A stretch of 64,000 bases of DNA from Bifidobacteriaceae bacterium (GTDB lineage Bacteria; Actinomycetota; Actinomycetes; Actinomycetales; WQXJ01): positions 33,710 to 97,709 of the forward strand of contig JAISXH010000022.1 in NCBI GenBank assembly GCA_031270825.1, in the 5' to 3' direction. Positions 41,162 to 53,688 of this stretch are shown here, one piece after another. The notes under the pieces were generated by a model that did no database searches, was not told where the DNA came from, and was given only the letters and a program-made list of their open reading frames with translations. The translations under genes were made by a program, and so were the position numbers. The stretch's first letter is position 1, and the number at the start of each line of letters is the position of its first letter.

Positions 41162-42481
41162 TCACGTCGCCACGAAGTACCGCAGCCACACGTACAGCCA
41201 GGCGATTCCCACAGTGAGCAGGGTGAAAGGAATGCCGTACTTGGTGAACTGCCAGAAGGTGATCGGTTTGCCGGAACGGGCGGCCAGGCCGAGCACCACC
41301 ACGTTGGCGCCGGCGGCGACGCCGGTCATGTTGCCGCCCAAGTCGGCGCCGAACACGAACGCCCACCACAGCGGGCTGGCGGCGCCGGCGGAGCCGGTGG
41401 CGGCGACCATGTCCGAGACGATGGGCGCCATCGCCGTGGTGTAGGGGATGTTGTCGACCACGGCGCCCAGGACCGCCGAACCGAACAGCAGACCGGTGAC
41501 GCCGGCCATTTCGCGGCCGGCTACTTGTTCGGCCGCGATCTGCCCCAGCTGCCCTATCACGCCGACCTCCACCAAAGCCCCGACCAGCACGAACAGCGCC
41601 ATGAAGAAGGACAGGGTGACCCATTCGACTTCGGCCAAGAACTGCTTCGCCTTGGTGCCGGAGACAATCACCATGAGCCCGGCGCCGAGCATCGCCACAA
41701 TTGACGGGTCTAGCGGCACCACCGAATGCAACGAGAACACCACCATGATGAGCGCCAGCACGATCAGGCAGCGCAGCAACAGGGCTTTGCTCGGGATCGC
41801 GTCGGAGGGGTTGACATCCCCCAACGCCTCCTCCACATCGATGGTCGCCCGCATCTGCCGGCGGAAGACGACCGCCACCGTGCCGACCAGAACCACCAGC
41901 AGGATGATGGTCAGCGGCAGCGCGTGGACGAGGAAGTCCGCGAAAGTCAATCCGGCCCGCGAGCCGATGATCAGGTTGGGCGGATCGCCGATCAAAGTCG
42001 AGGTCCCGCCTATGTTGGCGGCGAAGATCAGTGAGATCAGGTAGGGCGCCGGCGCCAGCTTCAGGCGGGTGCAGACCGACAGTGTGACCGGGGTGACCAG
42101 CAGCACCACGGTGACGTTGTCGAGAATCGGGGAGAAGAACGCGGTCACCAGCGTCAGGACCAGGAGCAGACGAATCGGCCGCCCTTTGGAGGCCTGCGCC
42201 GCCCACAGCGCGATGAACTCGAACAACCCGGTGTGTCGCAGCACCGAGACCACGATCATCATTCCGAACAGCAAGAAGACCACGTTCCAGTCGATCCCGG
42301 TGTGTTCGGTGAAAAACGCCGAGTCGGCGCTGACCAACGGGCCCTCAGAGCGGAACAGCCCCAGGAGCGTCATCCCGGCCACTCCGGCCAACGCCGCCGT
42401 GACGCGGTGAACTTTTTCTGTCGCTATGAGGGCGTAGGCGACCACGAAAACCGTTACGGCGGCAATCGTAATGACGTCCAT
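41162..42481 (-). CDS. ArsB/NhaD (CitMHS-like) family anion permease
   Basis: 'GIDWNVVFLLFGMMIVV', 'FFSPILDNVTVVLL' and 'ANIGGTSTLIGDPPNLII'. About 12 TM helices. ATG at 42481. Confidence 0.8.
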   Translation of the reverse strand: MDVITIAAVTVFVVAYALIATEKVHRVTAALAGVAGMTLLGLFRSEGPLVSADSAFFTEHTGIDWNVVFLLFGMMIVVSVLRHTGLFEFIALWAAQASKGRPIRLLLVLTLVTAFFSPILDNVTVVLLVTPVTLSVCTRLKLAPAPYLISLIFAANIGGTSTLIGDPPNLIIGSRAGLTFADFLVHALPLTIILLVVLVGTVAVVFRRQMRATIDVEEALGDVNPSDAIPSKALLLRCLIVLALIMVVFSLHSVVPLDPSIVAMLGAGLMVIVSGTKAKQFLAEVEWVTLSFFMALFVLVGALVEVGVIGQLGQIAAEQVAGREMAGVTGLLFGSAVLGAVVDNIPYTTAMAPIVSDMVAATGSAGAASPLWWAFVFGADLGGNMTGVAAGANVVVLGLAARSGKPITFWQFTKYGIPFTLLTVGIAWLYVWLRYFVAT

Positions 42482-42736
42482 GGTCACGACCTTTCGGGAG
42501 GGAGGGCGGCTAACTCGGCGGAAGTGCGGTCGCCACCTCTCGAACACGTCGCGCCGGCAGCGTTAAAGCATGACGACGGACGAACTTGGGGGTGTTTGCC
42601 CAGTTTACAGGATCGCGGCCGAGGATATGTGGGTCGCGCGACCCGGTCCGAGGTTCCCCGCCGCCAGGGCCAGACGTGGTCAGAAGCCGTGTTCGCGGCG
42701 ATGGCGTGCGCTGGGGCGACCTCCTAGGCTGGTGGC

Positions 42737-43870
42737 GTGGCCACCGATTCCGCCGGGCGTTTGAGGGACATGGCGTCCCGCGCGGGACGCGCGATGTTCC
42801 GGGGTGTGGTGGGGGCTCCGGAGGGGCGCGGACCGGCCTGGGCCACCTGGCCCGCCACCGGTAAGGGCAGGGTCATCGCGGTCGTCTGCTGGACGGTGGT
42901 CTTGGCCGGCGCGTTCACGTTGGCGCTGGTTTCGCTGTGGTCGTTCTTCCGGCTCGGCCAGGGGGAGGCGGCCAACACCCACGTCTTCGACGCGGTCTTC
43001 TCCTCGTTGCTGCTGTCGGTGCCTTTGCTGGCAGTGGGACGCTCGCCGCTGTTCACGGTGCGGGTCATGGCGATCGGGCTGGCCTGGATCGTGTTCTGTT
43101 CGGGCGAGCGCCCGTCCTGGCCGTGGCCGCCGTCCGCCCTGGTGCTCTACGCGGTCGTGTTGGTGCTGGCGGCGCGCGCGGCGCCGGCCTCGGGGTTGCC
43201 GAGCCTGTGGGTTTGGACTGTCGCAGCGCTGTGGATTTCCGGCCGGGGCGCGTCCACGGCGGCGTTTGTCTCCTTGGCGGCGGCCGCTGTGTTGCTGCTG
43301 GCTCTGGGCGCGGCGATGAGAGATCGCACCGAAGCGCGCCAGGAGTTGGCGGCCGCCAGCGCCGCCCGTGACGCGGAGGCGGAAGAGCTGGCGGTGTTGG
43401 CCGAAAGAGCCCGAATTGCGCGCGAGCTGCATGATGCCGTCGCCCACCACATGGCCATGATTTCCATCCAGGCCCAAGCCGCGCCGATGCGAACTCCCGA
43501 CCTGCCCCCGCCGGCCCTGGAAGCATTCGCGCTGATCGAGCGCGCGGCCAGGGAGGCCCTTTCGGAGACTCGTGGGATAGTCGGCCTGCTGCGGGGCGAC
43601 CCGGTGGAACGCGAACCGGCCCCGGGCCTGGCCGGTATCCGCGATCTGGTCGATGCCGCCCAGGCCAACGGCGTTCCAGTCACGCTGAGCATGGAACCGG
43701 CGCCGCAGCCGGTCCCGGCGTCGACCGCGCTCGCGGCCTACCGCATGGTCCAGGAGGGCCTGGCCAACGCGGTCCGCCACGCGCCAGGGGCGCTGATCAA
43801 TGTCGAGGTCGCCCGCCAGGGCGGCGACCTTCGCATCGAGATCACCAACGGGCCGGCGGCCGCCGGATGA
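42737..43870 (+). CDS. NarL-type (HisKA_3) sensor histidine kinase, truncated after the G1-like box
   Basis: Six N-terminal TM helices. DHp 'ERARIARELHDAVAHHMAMISIQAQAA'. N-box 'QEGLANAVRHA'. It ends '...LRIEITNGPAAAG*' with TGA inside ATGA at 43867-43870. Confidence 0.75.
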   Translation: MATDSAGRLRDMASRAGRAMFRGVVGAPEGRGPAWATWPATGKGRVIAVVCWTVVLAGAFTLALVSLWSFFRLGQGEAANTHVFDAVFSSLLLSVPLLAVGRSPLFTVRVMAIGLAWIVFCSGERPSWPWPPSALVLYAVVLVLAARAAPASGLPSLWVWTVAALWISGRGASTAAFVSLAAAAVLLLALGAAMRDRTEARQELAAASAARDAEAEELAVLAERARIARELHDAVAHHMAMISIQAQAAPMRTPDLPPPALEAFALIERAAREALSETRGIVGLLRGDPVEREPAPGLAGIRDLVDAAQANGVPVTLSMEPAPQPVPASTALAAYRMVQEGLANAVRHAPGALINVEVARQGGDLRIEITNGPAAAG

Positions 43871-44847
43871 CCAAGCGCCGCCCAGCCCGGCCACCCCAGC
43901 CACCGGCGAACGGAGGCTCTGGCGGGGGCGACGGACACGGCATCGGGCAAATGGCGGTCAAACAACCGAAACGTAAGCGACACTGGCTTGTCCGCGGGTG
44001 GCGGGCGCTGTGGCGGTCGTGGTTGTTCGTCATCGCGCAGGCGTTTATGGGCACGCTGGCCATCGCCTATTTTGTGGCCTGCCTGGTGGCGCTGGTGGTG
44101 ATGCTGTTCGCGGCCGGGCGTTACGTCGGTCTGGTCGTCTTCCCGCTGGGGCGCACGATGGCGCGTGGCGGCTTGGCCTCGGCGGTTTGGCGCCGGGAGC
44201 GGCCCTCCCCGGCGCCGTTCCCGCCGCGGCCCAAAGGGGCGACCGCGGCGGAGACGCTGGCGGCGGTGGTCGGATCGCGAACGACCTGGCGGTCGTATGG
44301 CTGGCTGGTCTTGGCGATCCTGGTCCTGCCGGTCAACCTGACCTGCGTTGTGGCATTCTTCGTGGCGCCGCTGTGGGCGCGGGCATGGGCGGCGTTGACG
44401 GTTCGGTTGTTGGGGCGGCCCGATGCGCCGACCAGGCGGCGGGCGGCGGCCCTGGCGGCGGCGGCGAACCGGGGGGGAGCCTCATTCGCGAGCGGGGAGG
44501 GCCCCTCGGAGCGGACATGGGCAGATGGGCCGACTGGCGGCGCGGGCGGCGGCCCAGGGCGGCCAGCTGGCCCGGGACGGCGCGGGTATGGGCTGGTGGG
44601 CATGCGCGAACGAGTCGCGGCGGTGGGCGGGACCCTGGTGGCGGGTCCGACCGAGGACGGCGGTTTTGCGCTGCGGGCGCGGTTGCCCCTGGGCGGGGAG
44701 GCCGGCCGCGGCCGGCCGGAGACGGCCCTGAACGTCAGTGCTCAAAGCAAGCCCGGCCCGGCGGCCGGGGAGACCGACCAGGATGAGACCGCGCCGGAGG
44801 CGGCGTTCTACGCTGATGGTGACCAATCGAACGGGGGCTGTGAATGA
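43867..44847 (+). CDS. ORF carrying G2-like box, a 4-TM 'putative sensor'-like segment, and the C-terminal end of an HATPase domain
   Basis: 'GGGDGHGIGQM' (43933-43953), then TM helices ('WLFVIAQAFMGTLAIAYFVACLVALVVMLF', 'WLVLAILVLPVNLTCVVAFFVAPLW'), then 'GYGLVGMRERVAAVGGTLVAGPTEDGGFALRARLPL' (from 44584). Confidence 0.5.
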   Translation: MTKRRPARPPQPPANGGSGGGDGHGIGQMAVKQPKRKRHWLVRGWRALWRSWLFVIAQAFMGTLAIAYFVACLVALVVMLFAAGRYVGLVVFPLGRTMARGGLASAVWRRERPSPAPFPPRPKGATAAETLAAVVGSRTTWRSYGWLVLAILVLPVNLTCVVAFFVAPLWARAWAALTVRLLGRPDAPTRRRAAALAAAANRGGASFASGEGPSERTWADGPTGGAGGGPGRPAGPGRRGYGLVGMRERVAAVGGTLVAGPTEDGGFALRARLPLGGEAGRGRPETALNVSAQSKPGPAAGETDQDETAPEAAFYADGDQSNGGCE

Positions 44848-45512
44848 CCAGGCCGATCCGCGCTTTGCTGGTGGACGATCAAGAGATGATCCGCGACGGC
44901 TTGGGCGTGCTGCTGGAGTCCTCGGGCGAGATCGAGATGGTCGGTTTCGCCGCTGACGGCAGGGAGGCCATCGATCTGGCGGCGGAGTTGGAACCCGATG
45001 TGATCGTCATGGACATCCGCATGCCGAAGCTGGACGGCCTGCAGGCCACTGCCCAGATCACGGCCTCCAAGCAGGCCGAAGACAGTCCTCCCCGCATCCT
45101 CATATTGACCACCTTCGACCACGACGACTACGTCTATGAGGCGTTGGCGGCCGGGGCCAGCGGTTTCATGCTCAAGGACGCCTCGGCGCGGGAGTTGATC
45201 GAAGCGGTCAGGGTTGTCCACGCCGGCAATGGCCTGTTGGCGCCGTCGGTGACCAAGCGGCTGATTGTGGAGTTCGCCAGCCGGCGCCGCGCCGGCCGGG
45301 GCGCCAAACCTGAGGCCCTGGAGGATCTGACTCCGCGAGAACTCGATGTGCTGCGGGAGATGGCGGGCGGTTTCTCCAACGCCGAGATCGCCGAGCGGCT
45401 GTTCTTGTCCGAGCAGACAGTCAAGACCCATGTAGGCCATGTGCTGATGAAGTTGAGCGTCCGCGACCGCACCCAAGCGGTCGTCTTCGCCTACGAGAAC
45501 GGCGTGGTCTAG
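44844..45512 (+). CDS. NarL/LuxR-family response regulator
   Basis: Receiver 'IRALLVDDQEMIRDGL...DVIVMDIRMPKLDG'. LuxR HTH 'LTPRELDVLREMAGGFSNAEIAERLFLSEQTVKTHVGHVLMKL'. Confidence 0.95.
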   Translation: MTRPIRALLVDDQEMIRDGLGVLLESSGEIEMVGFAADGREAIDLAAELEPDVIVMDIRMPKLDGLQATAQITASKQAEDSPPRILILTTFDHDDYVYEALAAGASGFMLKDASARELIEAVRVVHAGNGLLAPSVTKRLIVEFASRRRAGRGAKPEALEDLTPRELDVLREMAGGFSNAEIAERLFLSEQTVKTHVGHVLMKLSVRDRTQAVVFAYENGVV

Positions 45513-45746
45513 CCCCACGCCGAAACGTTGCCGCAGGTCAAGCGCTCGCATTTGGCGCTGGCCGGCCAAGGTGGTCCGCCGGACCACCGCCACCAGCGAA
45601 AACGTGTCCGGACATCAGGTCAGAGGCGGCCACCAGGCCAAGGGGTTGGCTCACCCGCGCGGGCTAGGGACTAACTCCGCAGACCCAAACTCATTTGGCT
45701 CTACCTGGCGATGTGCCGCAGGCGGGCAATTTCTTAGAGTTGGGTC

Positions 45747-46598
45747 ATGTTGCACAAGCGTCACGTCGGACGTTGGGCGTGTACTGCCACCGTGGTCGCC
45801 TCTTTGACCGCCGGGCCTCTGGCCAGTTTGGCCGCCACCCGCGCCGAGGCGGTCTTGGCCGGACCGGCCGCCGCGCCCACCGTTGTCTATGACTTTGACG
45901 CTCCCGGTGGCGACCTCTTGGCCCCCGGCTCAGATGCTGATCTGAGGGTCTTGGTCTTGGGCGATCTGGCCGCAGCCGATCGTGTCGCCGTGATAGTGCC
46001 CGGCGTTGGCCACAACGCCGACGAATTCAATGACCCCGAGCCCGAACCGGATTCAATGATCGGGCGAGCGCAGGCGCTGTTCGCCGCCGGCGCCGAGGCC
46101 GGAGCGGGCTCCCGTCTGGCCGTGATCGCCTTCTTGGGCTACTCGCCGCCGAAGAGCGTGGACGCGCTGGCCGCAGCTGGCATCCGGGAAGGGGCGGCCA
46201 ATCTGGCCGCACTCCAGCGCGGGCTGGCCAGGGCCTTTCCTGAGACCCAGGTGACTTGGGCCTGCCATTCGTTCGGCTCGCTGATTTGCGCCTCCGGCCT
46301 GGTGGACGTCAGTCCGGACGCCCTGGTGTTCCTGGGCAGCCCAGGGGTGATGGTGGACAGCGCCGCCAGTCTTCCCACCACCGCGCCGGTGTTCGCCGCC
46401 CGGGGCCCGGCCGACCTGATCGTGTTGACCGGCCTGCTGGGCGGCCTGGGCGGCGGCTATGGCCCCGACCCGGCCTCCGATGCCTTCGGGGCGACAGTCC
46501 TACCGGCCGATCCGGGCGCAGGCCACAGCGACTACTTCGCCCCCGGCTCCACCCAGCTGACCGCGCTAGTCAACGTGGTCATGGCCGATTACCGCTAA
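45747..46598 (+). CDS. Secreted alpha/beta hydrolase (DUF1023-like)
   Basis: Signal peptide 'VVASLTAGPLASLAATRAEA'. Nucleophile elbow 'CHSFGS'. 'VIVPGVG' pattern. Confidence 0.6.
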   Translation: MLHKRHVGRWACTATVVASLTAGPLASLAATRAEAVLAGPAAAPTVVYDFDAPGGDLLAPGSDADLRVLVLGDLAAADRVAVIVPGVGHNADEFNDPEPEPDSMIGRAQALFAAGAEAGAGSRLAVIAFLGYSPPKSVDALAAAGIREGAANLAALQRGLARAFPETQVTWACHSFGSLICASGLVDVSPDALVFLGSPGVMVDSAASLPTTAPVFAARGPADLIVLTGLLGGLGGGYGPDPASDAFGATVLPADPGAGHSDYFAPGSTQLTALVNVVMADYR

Positions 46599-46720
46599 CC
46601 CCACCGGCGTCAACGCCGCCGCTGTCACCGGCGAAGTCTTACCCGAGCTCGTCCTCGGTCCCACCAGGGCCTACCACCCACCGGGAAAACGCCACCCCGA
46701 TGAGCCGACGGCGCGGGTCC

Positions 46721-46743
46721 GCCAGTTTCCTATGTCCTGAGAC
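46721..46743 (-). repeat. 23-bp tRNA-flank repeat unit (minus strand GTCTCAGGACATAGGAAACTGGC)
   Basis: Starts 11 nt downstream of the tRNA-Ser(GGA) 3' end, in the same orientation relative to the tRNA as at tRNA-Pro. Confidence 0.75.
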
Positions 46744-46753
46744 ACCACAGCGG

Positions 46754-46838
46754 CGGAGGTGGGGGGATTCGAACCCCCGAGGGCTTGCACCCAACACGCT
46801 TTCCAAGCGTGCGCCATAGGCCACTAGGCGACACCTCC
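46754..46838 (-). tRNA. tRNA-Ser (anticodon GGA)
   Basis: Reverse complement GGAGGTGTCGCCTAGTGGCC...CACGC-TTGGAAA-GCGTG...long variable arm...GGGGGTTCGAATCCCCCCACCTCCG. 85 nt. Confidence 0.9.
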
Positions 46839-47079
46839 AAACACAGCGCCCGGCCGGCAGTGTTGCGGCCGCCTGGAGGGCGTTGGCTCGCCATACATTA
46901 CCCGATGCCGTCCGCATCCCCACGCCCGGCGGTTCGGCGACCAGGCGCTTAGGCGAGCATTGGGACCGATGCCGTTCTCCCATTCCCTAGTTCGTGATCG
47001 CCGGCGCGCCAGCGCTGACCGTGGCGATCCAGGGGGCTAGAAGTGGATGGCGATCCGGCGGCTAGAAGCGGATCAAGGC

Positions 47080-48183
47080 TTACGGCGTCTCGAACTCCAG
47101 TGCCGTCACGCCCGAGACATCGACCCGCTGGCCGTCCTCCAGGGTCACGCGCACGGGCGATTCGGAGGTTTCGGGCAGCAGTATCCGGTTGACCACGGGC
47201 ACCCCATCTGACGTGTAGATGCGCAGGTTGCCATCCCAGTCCCCGACCACCGCGACGACATAGTCGCCAGCCGGCACATCCAGCCCGACAACGTAGTTGC
47301 CCGGCGCCAGCCGCGTCGCCAGCTTGGTTTCCGCCGGCGTCAGCGTGATCGGCGACACCCCTTCCCACAGGAGCGTGTCGCCGCCGGCCAGGTCGGTGAC
47401 GTACTTGGCGGCGCCGAGCTTGAATTCGTCTTCGCCCAGGAGTTCGTTGGCTTTGAGCGGTTCGTCGGTCCCGTCGATGCGTAGCTGGCCGATGTCCTCC
47501 GAATCAGTGGTGATGGCGTAATGGCCGGGCTGGATTTCGGTTCCCACCGTGTATGTCCCCGGCGCCAGCGTGACCTGGCGCGCCATCGAATTGTCGCGTG
47601 TTCCCGGCGCCGGCCCCGCGCCCCCGGGGGCGGGTTCGCCGTTCACCGACGCGCCCGGCTCCCCCTGCGATAGCGTGGACGATGCCGCCTCGCCGACTTC
47701 CCCGGCCGTCCCGGCTTCGGTCGGGTTGGCGTTGTCAGCCCATTCGATCACCGCCCGCACGCCGAACACATAGGCCGCGAGCGCAACCAACCCGATGGCC
47801 CAGAACAACCAGCGCCAGGCTGGCGACCGGGCGGCGCCCCCGCCAGTCTGTTGCGGGGGCGATTCCTGAGGATCGTTCGGTCTGGGGGGCTCCTGGAGCG
47901 AATGCTCGCTCGCATCCTCTCCCGCGTACAGCGCCAGCCCGTCTACTTGGGTGGCGCCGGCGAGCGGTTGACCAGCAGGTGGAGGCGGAATCAGGCCGAC
48001 CCGCGCCGCCGGCGGGGCGGGAGCGAATTCACCGCCGCGTGGGACCGGGGCGAATGCGGTCTGGGGATGGGGGCTCGGCCCTCGCGCCGGCGGGGGCGCC
48101 GGCAAGGCGCGCGGGTCGGTCTCAAGCGGCGGACGTGGCCTCCTCGGATCGGGGCCAGCCGTTGGCGGAGGGGTGATGGTCAT
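47080..48183 (-). CDS. Pro-rich single-pass membrane protein with C-terminal beta-rich ectodomain (hypothetical)
   Basis: 'MTITPPPTAGPDP...' from the ATG at 48183. TM segment 'WRWLFWAIGLVALAAYVFGV'. No motif recognised. Confidence 0.5.
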   Translation of the reverse strand: MTITPPPTAGPDPRRPRPPLETDPRALPAPPPARGPSPHPQTAFAPVPRGGEFAPAPPAARVGLIPPPPAGQPLAGATQVDGLALYAGEDASEHSLQEPPRPNDPQESPPQQTGGGAARSPAWRWLFWAIGLVALAAYVFGVRAVIEWADNANPTEAGTAGEVGEAASSTLSQGEPGASVNGEPAPGGAGPAPGTRDNSMARQVTLAPGTYTVGTEIQPGHYAITTDSEDIGQLRIDGTDEPLKANELLGEDEFKLGAAKYVTDLAGGDTLLWEGVSPITLTPAETKLATRLAPGNYVVGLDVPAGDYVVAVVGDWDGNLRIYTSDGVPVVNRILLPETSESPVRVTLEDGQRVDVSGVTALEFETP

Positions 48184-48342
48184 GACTCTGCGGCTTTCGA
48201 GTTGTCGGCTGGGAAGGGGACCCCCAGTCGTTGACATCCAACCTAGCCCACCGCAGTCGCTACCCGCTGCTTCCGCGCCCAAGGCCGCGGCGCCGGGCGC
48301 TAGGCGGCGCGAGGCGCTTCGACCTGCGCGAACGCTTCGCGG

Positions 48343-50828
<2,486 letters not shown>

Positions 50829-50832
<4 letters not shown>

Positions 50833-52829
50833 ACGCCAAACCCGACTCAACCGCTCCCGAACAGAAAGGCGCCTCCGTGGCATCTGAGATCGACCAGCTT
50901 CGGGTAATCGGCAGACCGCTGGACGGCAAGGTGCCGGAAGTCGATCCGCGCGACGCCTGGACCGACCGCAAGCTGCACTACAACCTGGTCAACCCGAACA
51001 ACCGGCGTAAGTTCAAGATCATCGTGGTGGGGACCGGTCTGTCCGGCGCGGGCGCCGCCGCCGCGCTCGGCGAACTGGGCTATGACGTGGAAGTCTTCTC
51101 CTTCCACGACATGCCGCGCCGCGCCCACTCGATCGCCGCCCAAGGCGGCATCAACTCGCCCAGGGCCCGCAAAGTCGACAACGACTCGATCGACCGCTTC
51201 GTCAAGGACACGGTCAAAGGCGGCGACTTCCGCGGCCGCGAAGAGGACGCCTATCGGCTGGGCGAAGAGGGCATCCGAGTGATCAACCACATGCAGGCGA
51301 TCGGCGCGGCCTTCGCCCGCGACTACGGCGGCCAGTTGGCCACCCGATCATTCGGCGGCGTGCAGGTCTCCCGGACCTACTACACGCGCGGCCAGACCGG
51401 CCAGCAGTTGGAGTTGGCGGCCGCCCACGCGCTGTCGCGCCAAGTCGCCGCCGGCACCTGCAAGCTGCACTCGCGCCAAGAGATGCTGGATCTGATCGTC
51501 AAGGACGGCCGCGCCCAAGGGATCGTCGTCCGGGACCTGGTGACCGGCAAAGTCAGGGCGCTCACGGCCCATGCCGTGGTCCTGTGCACCGGCGGCTACG
51601 GCAACGTCTACTACAAGGCGACCCTGGCCAAGAACTCGAACGCCACCGCCATCTGGCGAGCCTACAAACGGGGCGCCTATTTCGCCAATCCGTGCTTTGT
51701 GCAGATCCACCCGACAGCCTTGCCGTTGATGTCGAAATGGCAGTCGAAGAAGACGCTGATGTCGGAATCGCTGCGCAACGACGGTCGCATCTGGGCTCCA
51801 CGCAAGAAGAAGGACGACCGCGACCCCAACACCATCCCCGAAGCGGAGCGCTTCTACTTCTTGGAGGAGCGCTACCCGGCCTTCGGCAACCTGGTGCCGC
51901 GGGACGTGGCTTCGCGCAACATCCGCGAGCGGATCGACGCCGGCTATGGGGTGGGTCCCCTCCACAACGCGGTCTACCTGGACTTCAGGACCGGCATCGA
52001 GCGCCTGGGCGTCAAGCTGATCCGCGAACGCTACTCGAACCTGTTCAACATGTATGAGGAGCTGACCGGCGAAGATCCCTACAAGACCCCCATGCGGATC
52101 ACCCCTTCGGTCCACTTCACCATGGGCGGCCTGTGGACCGATTACGACCAGATGACCTCGATCCCGGGTTTGTTCATAGGCGGCGAAGCCAGCTGGGCCT
52201 ACCACGGCGCCAACCGTCTGGGCGCCAACTCGCTCTTGTCCTGTTGTGTCGACGGCTGGTTCACGCTGCCGTACGCGGTGCCGAACTACCTGGCCGGGCT
52301 GTTGGGCCAAGAGCCGTTGGCCCTCGACGACCAGGCCGTTCAAGACACCCTCAAAGGGGTTCAGGACGGGATCGACCACCTGCTCAACATTGGCGGCAGC
52401 CACGGGGCCGACCACTTCTACGAGAAGCTGGGCGCGATCATGGACCGCTACGCTTCGGTGTCCCGCGATCCGGAGGGCTTGGCCACCGCCATCGGTCTGA
52501 TTCGCGAGTTGCGCCAAGAATTCTGGCGAGACCTCAAGGTGGTCGGCTCGGCCGACCGGCTGAACCAGGAACTCGAGACCGCCGGCCGTGTGGCCGACTA
52601 CCTCGAGCTGGCCGAGTTGTTATGCATCGACGCCCTCGACCGGGACGAATCGGCCGGCGCCCACTTCCGCACCGACCATGAGATCGGCGGCGAGGCCAAG
52701 CGCAACGACGAGGACTGGTGCTTCTGCTCCGCCTGGGAGTATCCCGGCGCCGTCAGCGCGAAGCCCATCCGCAACTTCGAACCTCTGACATTTAGGGCCG
52801 TGCCCCTCCAGCAAAGGAACTACAAGTGA
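50829..52829 (+). CDS. sdhA: Succinate dehydrogenase / fumarate reductase flavoprotein subunit
   Basis: 'IIVVGTGLSGAGAAAAL', 'RAHSIAAQGGIN', 'HPTAL' and 'HFTMGGLW'. Confidence 0.95.
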
Positions 52830-53578
52830 GACTGATCCTTGAAGTGTGGCGTCAGGACGGCCCTGATGCCGAAGGAAGCTTCGAAACCCATGAGATCACC
52901 GACGCGACGCCGGAAATGTCGCTTCTGGAGTTGCTCGACCGCTTGAATCACCAACTGGTCGAAAACGACCTGGACCCGGTGGCTTTCGAATCCGACTGCC
53001 GTGAGGGCATCTGCGGCACCTGCGGCTTGGACGTCAACGGGAACCCGCATGGTCCGGAGGACAACGTGCCGGCCTGCGGCCAGCATGTGCGTTCATTCTC
53101 AGACGGACAGACGGTGCGTTTCACGCCGTTCCGGGCCAAGTCCTTCCCGGTGCTGCGCGACCTGATCGTGGACCGCACGGGCCTGGACCGAATCATTCAA
53201 GCCGGTGGCACGATCTCCGTGGACGCGGGCACCGCCCCGGACGCGGACACCCTGCTGGTCACCCACGATGACGCCGAGCGCGCGCTCGACTTCGCCGCCT
53301 GCATCGGCTGCGGGGCTTGTGTCTCGGCCTGCCCGAATGGCGCGGCCTACCTGTTCACCGGCGCGAAGCTGGCCCACTTGGCTTTGATTCCGCACGGCAA
53401 GGAGGAGCGCGCCCGCCGTGCCCGCTCGGTGATCGCGCAGATGCAGAGCGAATTCGGCCCCTGCTCGCAGATCGGCGAATGCGCTCTGGCCTGTCCGGCC
53501 GAGATTCCGCTGGTAGCTATCGCGGTGGTCAACCGCGAGCGTCTGCGGGCCGGCTTCAAGAAGGGCAAGCCGAACTAG
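52826..53578 (+). CDS. sdhB: Succinate dehydrogenase / fumarate reductase iron-sulfur subunit
   Basis: 'CREGICGTCG', 'CIGCGACVSACPN' and 'CSQIGECALACP' cluster ligands. Confidence 0.95.
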   Translation: MRLILEVWRQDGPDAEGSFETHEITDATPEMSLLELLDRLNHQLVENDLDPVAFESDCREGICGTCGLDVNGNPHGPEDNVPACGQHVRSFSDGQTVRFTPFRAKSFPVLRDLIVDRTGLDRIIQAGGTISVDAGTAPDADTLLVTHDDAERALDFAACIGCGACVSACPNGAAYLFTGAKLAHLALIPHGKEERARRARSVIAQMQSEFGPCSQIGECALACPAEIPLVAIAVVNRERLRAGFKKGKPN

Positions 53579-53688
53579 AAATCAGGCCGCCCGATGCCGT
53601 CTGGTCGCGGTCGCGAGTAGGGCTCCGTCGCCGACCGGACGGCATCGGAGGCCGCCTTTAGGGCGGAGAAGCGTCGCCTTGCGTTGCT

